Shown piece after piece: positions 54,917 to 63,126 of a DNA stretch of 64,000 bases; the stretch's first letter is position 1; each line of letters opens with the position of its first letter. The DNA lies in the IMG/VR virus record IMGVR_UViG_3300024518_006178, positions 12,837 through 76,836 of that record, one strand, 5' to 3'. The position numbers were made by a program, and so were the translations under genes. The notes under the pieces were generated by a model. That model was not told the DNA's origin and did no database searches. It saw only the letters and a program-made list of their open reading frames with translations. Source of the DNA: a virus.

Positions 54917-55192
54917 TGGCGTCAGGCGGGATTTTCACCCGCTCGGAGGATACCGCTATCCGCTAGCCTCACAGATGCGCTGCCCGTAATTATTCCAACG
55001 AACCCATCCTGGGCTCTGAGGCGGCTACTTTTCGTGCCGTTCTGACGCCGTTGGCCTAGGTGGCCCGCCAGGCGGGGCTCTTCAGCACCCCACCTAGCAG
55101 GCCAGCGTGCACCAGACCCAGTTGGTACACGCCTTTTCTCGGGCGAAGAGACCATAGCCGCATCCTTTCGGGTAGCGGACACCCCCTCGCCC
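54917..55192 (-). ncRNA. Candidate highly structured ncRNA (two pseudoknots, T-loop hairpin at 3' end)
   Basis: At least eight mutually compatible helices found by eye, a GAAA tetraloop and GCGGG-UGAAAAU-CCCGC; fills the whole intergenic space. Confidence 0.6.
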
Positions 55193-55198
55193 AAACCA

Positions 55199-56638
55199 TC
55201 ACATGCTTTCGAACAGAAACGAGGCAGCGCTGCCCTGTTTATCCTCGTCCATTATGTCCTTGGCATCCACGACTCCGCCATTACAAAACTTGTTCATGAC
55301 GCCGTGGTCGCCCTCGCTGCGGTAGTAGTACGGCTCGATCAGCACGCCGTAGCACGTCACCTCCATCTCGTCCCGCCAGGCGAGCCAGTTGCGGAGCCAT
55401 TTGTCCTCAACATCGCACTCGCCGTCAGTGATCATTATTATGTCCGCGCGAGGGTTTTCGTCAACCTTATCGGCGGCCATGTCCAGGGGGCGCTCGAAAT
55501 CGGTGCCACCCCCATAGAACCATTCGACGAAGTCCAGAACCTGTCCGGTCCCATACTTGCCATGGTCGAACTCGAAGCACTTGATGTTTGTGGAGTGTGA
55601 GAAGTGAATTCCCACGAATTTCCGCTTCTGGACGTTGCAGATCTCCAGCAGGCCTAGTGCCACAGCCTTTGACCATACCTCACGGTCGCCGGACATGGAT
55701 CCCGAATTGTCGATTGCGCACACAATTGGACCCTTGGTCTGCTTTTTGCGATCCCGCAGAGAGTACTGCAAGATTTCGCGACTCGCAATCCGCTTGAAGA
55801 GATCGATCTCCATCATTGGATCACACACGTTGAATAGCTCCTGGGGGAGCATTCTGTCGAGACGGTCTCCGACCTCGACGGAATAGACCTCTTCGTTGCC
55901 CTTGGAGATCTTGGTGCGCTGCGATGATAGCGCGAGATTCTTGAACCGGCCCACGAGCTTGGCCAGTTTGCGGAGAATTTGGCTGCGCCGAATCCTCTGC
56001 GCGAGAGCGACCTTCTCCTTGAATGGGAGCTTGTGGGCGATACCGGCGTCTGATCCCCAGCACGTCGTCGCCTGGTTCATGTCGTTCGCTTCCTGGGCCG
56101 CCTCTCGCATGGCGTCCTGCATCGCCCGCTGGAGCTTCTTCTCGTCCGGCGAGCGATCCTTCGGGTTATCCTTCTTGCCCCTCTTGGGCATCTTCTTCAC
56201 TTCAGGCAGGAAAGTTACGAGGTGATCGGTGAGCACCTCGGTCGCGATGGCCGCCCCGAACTCATCCAAAACAGTGTGAGCCCGCAGCTCCTTGTAGATG
56301 TTCTCGCCCAGCATGCGCCCGGCAATGTCATGGTTGGCTTCAAACCCAGGCTTCATTCGCCGGGCCTCGATCTGGTCCGGGGTGTACTTGTAGAGACCAT
56401 CAAAAACGTCCTGATGGAACTCCTGGAACGTGGGCAGCTTGGCTGCGTGTCGGTCTTGTTGGCTGGAGAGCTTTTCCGACTGCTCTTTGATCTCCCGGAA
56501 GACACGCTTGTCGAACTTGTCGCACCTGATAGCCTGTTCCTGGTCCCCAGCCTTTTTCTTGCGGCCCCGACCTCTCAGTCGAACACCATAGTCCTCGTCC
56601 GGCACCCGGCTGGGTGCACTACCTTCCACTTCTCCCAT
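55199..56638 (-). CDS. VWA domain protein (ViaA/CoxE-like MoxR partner)
   Basis: MIDAS DNSGSM, GGGTDF, IMITDG. Confidence 0.9.
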   Translation of the reverse strand: MGEVEGSAPSRVPDEDYGVRLRGRGRKKKAGDQEQAIRCDKFDKRVFREIKEQSEKLSSQQDRHAAKLPTFQEFHQDVFDGLYKYTPDQIEARRMKPGFEANHDIAGRMLGENIYKELRAHTVLDEFGAAIATEVLTDHLVTFLPEVKKMPKRGKKDNPKDRSPDEKKLQRAMQDAMREAAQEANDMNQATTCWGSDAGIAHKLPFKEKVALAQRIRRSQILRKLAKLVGRFKNLALSSQRTKISKGNEEVYSVEVGDRLDRMLPQELFNVCDPMMEIDLFKRIASREILQYSLRDRKKQTKGPIVCAIDNSGSMSGDREVWSKAVALGLLEICNVQKRKFVGIHFSHSTNIKCFEFDHGKYGTGQVLDFVEWFYGGGTDFERPLDMAADKVDENPRADIIMITDGECDVEDKWLRNWLAWRDEMEVTCYGVLIEPYYYRSEGDHGVMNKFCNGGVVDAKDIMDEDKQGSAASFLFESM

Positions 56639-56686
56639 GTCATCTCCTAACAAAAGTTGCCGTTGACGATCAGCTTATACCATAAA

Positions 56687-57667
56687 TCAATACGTATTGA
56701 ATGTCCGCCCTACAATCCCCGCACCAGGGAATTTGTCGGACATTACGGTCAATTCATCATAGTCGCGTAGCCAGCCGTAGGCAACGCGCTGGAAGCGAGG
56801 CGGGCGGGTCTTAAATAAGCTTCGGGTTCTTCCATTGGACCACCCCATGCGACATTTCGCGGTGCCCCGGGTCCGATAGAAGAAGTTGATGCTCAGGCGC
56901 TCTGATGGGTCAGCGGGGACATAGTAGCGCCCACGGGGGCCGAACATGTAGGCGAGCACCGTGTGCTTTTTCGTATCGCCAGCGACGATGCAGACCTGAT
57001 GATCATGACCCAAGGGCTTGCGCCCTATTCCGTACATATACCTCGACCCGGATGGTCCGTCCACCCATATGTCTGCCATTTCCCGGGCACGGGCTACGAA
57101 CAGATCCCATATCTGACTGGTTGAGATCTTGAGGAGGCATTGCTGCCGAGGGACGATTGCGTCCCACAGGAAGCTCATCGCATAGGATGGCACCTCGTTG
57201 AGCGCCTGCTTGGGCCAGGTCATAGCCATGGGTTCGTACCGTGGGTCCGTCATGTACCTGGCGCACGCCCGGCCTTTATCGGGGTCCAGGCTCTTGAAGA
57301 CCTGCTTGTTGCTTTTGAATATGTCCCGGAGCTCGACGGCCAGTAGGACCGGCTTCTCACGCGCCAGGACAATGACCCTCCAGCGGTTTCTATACATGAT
57401 TGGCTTGGTGATGGGGCGCGCAATATCCTCCACGTCCTTGTCGTCCATGGGAGACCGCTGTTGCAGTCTCGCCATGGTTGACGAAATACGCGACAGCGAG
57501 GCCGTGAGCTCCTTGTGTTTCTTGACCGTGTCGTCCCAGTGGTATGTTTCCCCAGACGTGATCATGTCCATCTTGAACTTCGTGGCTTCCTCTAGTTGGC
57601 CTTTCACCTCTTTGTGCTCGTCGATAATGTGGTCGAGCGCCTGCACGCGAATGTCCAGGTATTTCAT
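56687..57667 (-). CDS. Hypothetical protein
   Basis: Start reassigned to MKYLDI (ATGA overlap, GGAGG RBS). Confidence 0.6.
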   Translation of the reverse strand: MKYLDIRVQALDHIIDEHKEVKGQLEEATKFKMDMITSGETYHWDDTVKKHKELTASLSRISSTMARLQQRSPMDDKDVEDIARPITKPIMYRNRWRVIVLAREKPVLLAVELRDIFKSNKQVFKSLDPDKGRACARYMTDPRYEPMAMTWPKQALNEVPSYAMSFLWDAIVPRQQCLLKISTSQIWDLFVARAREMADIWVDGPSGSRYMYGIGRKPLGHDHQVCIVAGDTKKHTVLAYMFGPRGRYYVPADPSERLSINFFYRTRGTAKCRMGWSNGRTRSLFKTRPPRFQRVAYGWLRDYDELTVMSDKFPGAGIVGRTFNTY

Positions 57668-58575
57668 ACTTTGCCCTCCCACGTGTTCACCGGGAACCCC
57701 GTTAAGCGGTCGCGTGCGGCCCTGTGGAATCGCCGAGGAGACCTGTCGAACGTGCCGGATCCTCGGCCAAAGCACATGCCAAATAGAATGTTTACTCGGC
57801 TCTGTCCACGGTGGCTGTCTAAAACATCCAGGTTGTGAAGATAGAACGGCTCGTACACCTTGAATTCGTATGCGAATTTAGGGTTCGAAGTTGAAACCAC
57901 CAAACCCACACATGAGCCCTTCAGCCCGGCCCCTGCCAGTACGTTGTGGCCTCCCTGTATGGTCATGTAGTGCCCCACGCCGGGGAGAAGCTCATTATAC
58001 AGCTCCTTCGCCGTGAACTTCCGAAAGGCCTTACGCCAATCTATTTGCTTGGCAAGAGCCACCTTGAGCTCGGGAATTATCGTGAGGCTTCTGGTCGTCT
58101 GAGTGACCCATCGATGCTGCCCCATATCGAAAACGATATGTTTATGCTCTGCGACCTTCTTAAGTTCATCCCAACCGTAGTGTCCGCCGGGGATGTTTAT
58201 AGTGAGCTGATTTTCGACCCCTTTGTTTGTGTCCATGAAGGTGAATTCAGCGGATAGAGACACCCCTCTTTGACAGGGTCGCCCCGTTGTCAGTGACGAC
58301 AGCTCGGGCCACTTGACGTGCTTCAGCTTGGCCATGTTTTTGCATTTGGGGATGATACTCATGGAGGCGGCAAGGGCGACCTTGTCGCGGGCGATACCTC
58401 GCCTCACTGTGTCCAGCGCCCTGTCCTCTGAATATTTAGTCATGTTTGTGTTGTCGCCCACAAGGAGATGCGCGTACTTCTCGTCTTTCTCTGCGAGATC
58501 CGACCTGATACGCTTAAGCTTCTTTACGTGCTTCCGCATCATCTTCTCGTGGAAGTCTCCGATGTTTTTGAACAT
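57664..58575 (-). CDS. Hypothetical protein
   Basis: Start reassigned to MFKNIG (GGAG RBS). Confidence 0.6.
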   Translation of the reverse strand: MFKNIGDFHEKMMRKHVKKLKRIRSDLAEKDEKYAHLLVGDNTNMTKYSEDRALDTVRRGIARDKVALAASMSIIPKCKNMAKLKHVKWPELSSLTTGRPCQRGVSLSAEFTFMDTNKGVENQLTINIPGGHYGWDELKKVAEHKHIVFDMGQHRWVTQTTRSLTIIPELKVALAKQIDWRKAFRKFTAKELYNELLPGVGHYMTIQGGHNVLAGAGLKGSCVGLVVSTSNPKFAYEFKVYEPFYLHNLDVLDSHRGQSRVNILFGMCFGRGSGTFDRSPRRFHRAARDRLTGFPVNTWEGKV

Positions 58576-58589
58576 TTGTCTCTCCGGGC

Positions 58590-58624
58590 AAAAAAAAGGG
58601 GTGGGAGCCGAAGCTCCCACCCCT
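58590..58624 (-). terminator. Intrinsic terminator after the MoxR ATPase
   Basis: GGGGTGGGAGC/GCTCCCACCCC stem with U8. Confidence 0.75.
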
Positions 58625-58636
58625 CAGGTTCTCTGT

Positions 58637-59968
58637 CTAGATGTTCATGTTCAAGCTGCTGAGGTCGACGCCGAGATATTCGGAGACGATCTCGCTCTGC
58701 ATGAGCGTCACCTTGTCGCTCAGTTCCTCGTACCGAGCGGTTGGCCTGTTGCGGTCCGAGATCTGCTTGATCACGCCCTTCATCTTCTTCTGGATGTTCT
58801 TGAGCTTCTTGTTGCCCTCGACAGCCAGCTTCTGGACCTTGTCTTCGTCCTTCTCAACCTGCAAGGAGCGAAGCACGTCCTCGGCCTCTTCGTAGAACTG
58901 CACGATCTGCTGGCGCAGCGGGTTGACCGCCTGAAGTACCAGCGCTCTGACCGCCCGGATCTCGTCCGGCGTCGGGTTGTGCCAGAATACGTGCTGCAAG
59001 AAGTCGAGACAGTCCTCGTCGGCCACATCCTTGTCCTGCATGAATGCGCTGGCCTTGACGACGTGGAGCGCCTGCCGCCAGCGCCTGTTGGAGTGGATGT
59101 ACCCCGCGTTATGGATTTCGTGCCGGAGCTCGATCATTTTATCCAAGATCGCGTCCGGGATTTCCACGTCGTTCACGGCCTCCTGAGCCGCCGCGAGCTC
59201 GAACTTGGTGACCGTGGTCACGGGCCGGGGATTCTCGTCCATGCGGAACATGTTGCGAACGGACCCCTGCTCCTTCAGGTAGTGGAATATGAACCTGAAC
59301 AGGAACCGGTCATAGAACGCCTTGCACTCATCCTCGGGGACTTCGTTTGAGGCGATGATGACCGACATGGTCTTGGCCTTGTGGACCTCGCCGTTGACGG
59401 CGAACTTCCGGTCCAAAATTATGTCAAGCAGCTTGTTCAAGGTCGTGCTGTTGGCCTTGAAGCCCTCATCGAGGAAGGCCAGCTCGCAGTCGGGCAGCAT
59501 GCCCGTCCAGTCCTTCTCGAACTTGACCGAGGCGCTGCCATCGGGGTTTTCCCTCTTCTTGTAGAGAATCTCCCTGACGAGCAGCTCGTCGGGCGGGAGG
59601 TCGCGTGACAGCAGCTTATAGAACTGCGACGTGCCCACGCGCTTGCAGAATTCCGTGCTCATCATCGACTTGCCGGTTCCCGGGGGGCCCAGCAGGACGA
59701 TATGGTTCTTGGTCAGGGCTGCGAGGACGACGCCCTCCCCCTGTTCTTCGTGTTCGAAAGGCGCAATCTCCCGCGCAATCCGAGTGAATTTCTCCGCCAG
59801 CGACAGTGTGGCCACATCCACCTTCTGCTTTTCTTCGACCTCCGCCACGGCGGCGGCGAGCTCAACATGCTCTTTTTCTGCTTTTTCCTGTCCGTCATTC
59901 GGCTTCTTCTCGGCCAATTGGATTCTCCCGTTCCTCGATTTGTTCCACTTGTGTGGAGCCACACTCAA
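58637..59968 (-). CDS. MoxR/RavA-family AAA+ ATPase
   Basis: LLGPPGTGKS, FLDEGFKANSTTLNKLL, ASNE, AFYDRF, SNRRW. Confidence 0.9.
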   Translation of the reverse strand: MSVAPHKWNKSRNGRIQLAEKKPNDGQEKAEKEHVELAAAVAEVEEKQKVDVATLSLAEKFTRIAREIAPFEHEEQGEGVVLAALTKNHIVLLGPPGTGKSMMSTEFCKRVGTSQFYKLLSRDLPPDELLVREILYKKRENPDGSASVKFEKDWTGMLPDCELAFLDEGFKANSTTLNKLLDIILDRKFAVNGEVHKAKTMSVIIASNEVPEDECKAFYDRFLFRFIFHYLKEQGSVRNMFRMDENPRPVTTVTKFELAAAQEAVNDVEIPDAILDKMIELRHEIHNAGYIHSNRRWRQALHVVKASAFMQDKDVADEDCLDFLQHVFWHNPTPDEIRAVRALVLQAVNPLRQQIVQFYEEAEDVLRSLQVEKDEDKVQKLAVEGNKKLKNIQKKMKGVIKQISDRNRPTARYEELSDKVTLMQSEIVSEYLGVDLSSLNMNI

Positions 59969-60146
59969 GACAGTCCCTCACATCCAGGACTTCTACGTCT
60001 TCACGTTCGACGATTTGTGTGTCGGCGAGATGATCGATTACTCGGCCCTCTCCATCGACAATAACTTCACAGCCGTAGTATCTTGCTAAGGCGCGAAACT
60101 TAGCATCGTTTCCGCAGTTAGCGCACTTATACCTCTTTCTCTCCAT
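59895..60146 (-). CDS. Small zinc-ribbon protein
   Basis: CANCG...CLECG. Confidence 0.55.
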   Translation of the reverse strand: MERKRYKCANCGNDAKFRALARYYGCEVIVDGEGRVIDHLADTQIVEREDVEVLDVRDCLECGSTQVEQIEERENPIGREEAE

Positions 60147-60157
60147 AACTTGTGCGT

Positions 60158-60931
60158 CTAAACCGCAACTAGTGCGACGTGGACCTGGATCCCCAGCTCT
60201 TTACTGGCCTGGAATATCCGGACGCCCTTGCCTTCCTCTATTGCTGTAATAATATTCCTTATATCTTCGCCCCGACCCGTCTCGTCACCGATCTCCTCCA
60301 GCTCGTCCATCTGTTCCTGGTAGGCGGCAATGCAATCCGCGCTGAGAATACTTACCTCTTTCCGAACAGCTTCATCGTCCGCATTCTCAAGTATGCGCGC
60401 GGTATCGCCACACACAAGAATGTAGGTATCTTTCAGGGCGGGCTTCGGGCCGCGATTCACCCTCTTCTTTTTCTTGCCCTTATCGCTACGCGTCCTTCTT
60501 TTCTTCTTGCCGCCCTTCTCCGGGGGGGTCTCGTCCACTTTCTCTTCATTTTCGTTGTTTACCACAGGACTCTCCTCTATGGTGTCTTGCTCTTCGGTGT
60601 CGTCATCTGCCTCTTCGGGATAATCTTCGTCGTCTTCACTAGTGTCGCCCTCGGGAGCCTCCTCTGGGCTTGACTGGCTAATTACGCCGCCCCCCTCCTG
60701 GCTATTTATCATATCCCTGCGCTCTTCCCATTGCTCGGACTGGGCATCCTGAAGAAGGGGCGCTATCTCGTCTAGCTCCTCTATGGAGACGAGCTTGATC
60801 TCTGCGCACATGTGTAGGTCAGTGTCCACGCACCTTGTCATGCACGACCCCACGGGCCGCTCGAAATTGACAAGAGGGCACTGGATATAGGGCACTTGGC
60901 CCTCTCCACGGTCAATAAGTCCTTTTCCCAT
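60158..60931 (-). CDS. Hypothetical protein (Cys-rich N-terminus, acidic and basic tracts)
   Basis: AGGAGAGG RBS; first gene of the minus-strand block. Confidence 0.6.
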   Translation of the reverse strand: MGKGLIDRGEGQVPYIQCPLVNFERPVGSCMTRCVDTDLHMCAEIKLVSIEELDEIAPLLQDAQSEQWEERRDMINSQEGGGVISQSSPEEAPEGDTSEDDEDYPEEADDDTEEQDTIEESPVVNNENEEKVDETPPEKGGKKKRRTRSDKGKKKKRVNRGPKPALKDTYILVCGDTARILENADDEAVRKEVSILSADCIAAYQEQMDELEEIGDETGRGEDIRNIITAIEEGKGVRIFQASKELGIQVHVALVAV

Positions 60932-61043
60932 TTTCCTCTCCTTTCTCTATTTTCGTTGTTTTACGACGTTTCTCTCCTTATGGGTAAGGCGGCGAGTGAT
61001 CACAATAAACGCTTATACCAAAAAGCAGGGTGCTTTATCCATG

Positions 61044-61072
61044 TTGCGCTGGCTCGTCAGTTTGGATAGAAT
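61044..61072 (+). promoter_or_regulatory. Sigma70-like promoter of the head operon
   Basis: TTGCGC-N17-TAGAAT; divergent from GGTATAAG at 61012-61019. Confidence 0.5.
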
Positions 61073-61129
61073 ATAGGTAGTGGCGATCCACAACACGTTT
61101 ACAACTAAAAGGTAAACCGGAGAAACAGC

Positions 61130-62176
61130 ATGTCGTTCCTGCAAAGCGTCATAGACGTAAATGATGATCTGGCGGCAGGGTTCCCGATTGCCAGGGACTA
61201 CGTGAACGAACTCCGGGGGCTAGACATTTCAGAGCCGTCGACGCTGCCCCCAGCAGCCTTCGCTTTGAATGTCATAACGAAAACCGGAGGCGTGGTGTCG
61301 AAGTTCCCGCTGAAAACGCCGGGAGATACCGCCGCCTCCGTGTTTTACTTCACAAAGGTTGCCGGAGAGCTGCCGTCAAGGGCCAAGCGAATCGCAGCCA
61401 CATTCATCAAGGCGGCATGCGCGGGACACCAGGTCCCGGCCAGCAATGCGGTTCTTCTCCACGCCGACGACTCTGTTGAAGAAAACATGGTTAAGATCTC
61501 GGACCTGAAGGTGGCTCCGGCACGAGAGAATCTCACGAACGACGACTACGCCCTGGTGGATGACGACGGGATGCCTCACTTCCCAGTCAATACTGGTGAG
61601 CGCGTGAAGCATGCGGCGGCCTACTTCCATGAGCAGTGGATGGGTATACACCCGTCGTATCGCACGGAGATGGCGACCAAGATTGCCTCCAGGGCGGCTG
61701 AGCTGAGCGTAAGCCTGCCCGAGGAGCATATTAATGATCTCGCCCAGTACGACGCCGAGCGCTACGGGAATATCCTCAAGGTGGCCATGATCGAGCGCAG
61801 AGACTGTTTGCAGCATGACGAGGCGGCGCTCACGGTTTTGGAGCAGCTTTTGGAGAAGCGGGCCGAGCTCAAGCCGCTTGAGTTTGCCGTGGCCCTCGAA
61901 AACTTCGACCAGCAGTCCGGTCTGGACGAGCTGTGGGATTCACAGATCATCGACCCGTATCGCGCGGCCATGGGCGGCATCAAACTCGCCGCCAGGATCG
62001 ACTACAATGGGGTCAACTACACGGAAGACCAGCTTCGCAAGCTCGCATCAAGCGATGAGTTCGCAGCGAAGTTCGACGCTGGTCTCGTGTCAGAGTTTCA
62101 GAGCGACCCCGTTGTGATCTTCAATTCGCTGCCGACACCAGAGAAGAACCTCATTGTCAGCCTGATCAAGGAGTAG
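61130..62176 (+). CDS. Hypothetical head-region protein with two copies of a short motif
   Basis: FAL...KFPLKT....AASVFYF and YAL...HFPVNT..RVKHAAAYF. Confidence 0.6.
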   Translation: MSFLQSVIDVNDDLAAGFPIARDYVNELRGLDISEPSTLPPAAFALNVITKTGGVVSKFPLKTPGDTAASVFYFTKVAGELPSRAKRIAATFIKAACAGHQVPASNAVLLHADDSVEENMVKISDLKVAPARENLTNDDYALVDDDGMPHFPVNTGERVKHAAAYFHEQWMGIHPSYRTEMATKIASRAAELSVSLPEEHINDLAQYDAERYGNILKVAMIERRDCLQHDEAALTVLEQLLEKRAELKPLEFAVALENFDQQSGLDELWDSQIIDPYRAAMGGIKLAARIDYNGVNYTEDQLRKLASSDEFAAKFDAGLVSEFQSDPVVIFNSLPTPEKNLIVSLIKE

Positions 62177-62179
62177 GCC

Positions 62180-62440
62180 ATGAGCTACTCCGAGAAGCTG
62201 GCCAGAGAGCTTACGACCAAGACGCGCAAGGCGTTGTCGACCGAAGAGTTCGTCTTTCCAGAGGAAAGGCGGTACCCTATTCACGACGAGTCTCACGCTC
62301 GATCCGCCCTGTCGATGGTTTCTCGGCACGGAACTCCGGCTGAAAAGGCCCGGGTTCGGGCAGCTGTGCGTCGTAGGTATCCTCACATCGGGCAGGACGA
62401 TAAGCCCAAGGTCGCCAAACGGTTTGCAGGGACAAAATGA
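62180..62440 (+). CDS. Small head-region protein (DUF6582-like)
   Basis: RKALSTEEFVFPEERRYPIHDESHARSAL. Confidence 0.6.
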   Translation: MSYSEKLARELTTKTRKALSTEEFVFPEERRYPIHDESHARSALSMVSRHGTPAEKARVRAAVRRRYPHIGQDDKPKVAKRFAGTK

Positions 62441-63114
62441 CCGACGAAGCCGTGCAGACAGCCGAGGAAGCCTTCTTGGACGCCATCCAAGGTGAGAAGA
62501 CCGCCCTGGATAAAGGTAGGCCTGCGGCCACAAAGTGGGTGGACGATGAGACGCCCGCCTCGTGGTATGCCGCCCTCCTGATCAAGAAGTACGACAGGGA
62601 CTGGCTGGAGTGGGAGCCGGAGACGCTTTGGCGGACGATAATGCTCGACTTCAAGACCGAGCTGGACGACCTGGCGAAGGATAAGGTGAACGCGGCGAAG
62701 ACGCTGCTGCTGACGGACACATACTGGAATGACTGGACGACGTTCGAGAACGCCACGCTGGCATTCAACGACACCAATCCGAACTTTTTCCAGATACAGG
62801 TCCCGAGCCCGGCGCAAATGGCCTGGAGTGTTTCTGAGGCCAATCTAATGAGGCCCGGCGTGCCGTTCTCTGAAGAGGTGGCCGAGTACGCCAGGATAGC
62901 CTGTCAGCAAGAAGGGCTCGTGCTCTTCCCGGACGAACTACAGTTTGCGCAGCCCGACCCTCCCGGCAGGCTTGCTGTAGACATAAGGTCGGCCTGGGAT
63001 ATTGTGAAGACGCACAATACGATTGACATTGTCGAGAACGAGCTTGGTGTGAACCTAGCGCGCCTTCAGGCTGTTCGGGAGTACGTCAGAGAGAAGGCGG
63101 CGCTGAGAGGATAA
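62437..63114 (+). CDS. Hypothetical head-region protein
   Basis: ATGA overlap; WLEWEPETLW motif. Confidence 0.6.
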   Translation: MTDEAVQTAEEAFLDAIQGEKTALDKGRPAATKWVDDETPASWYAALLIKKYDRDWLEWEPETLWRTIMLDFKTELDDLAKDKVNAAKTLLLTDTYWNDWTTFENATLAFNDTNPNFFQIQVPSPAQMAWSVSEANLMRPGVPFSEEVAEYARIACQQEGLVLFPDELQFAQPDPPGRLAVDIRSAWDIVKTHNTIDIVENELGVNLARLQAVREYVREKAALRG

Positions 63115-63126
63115 TAGGAGCCCACG

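Noticed and set aside
54917-55049. tRNA or tmRNA gene
   Set aside because: T-arm and acceptor-like helix are present, but there is no D/anticodon cloverleaf, no G3-U70 pair and no tag reading frame.
54922-55194. 90-aa ORF across the structured intergenic region
   Set aside because: Non-ATG start, no RBS and low-information sequence; the base-pairing explains the region better.
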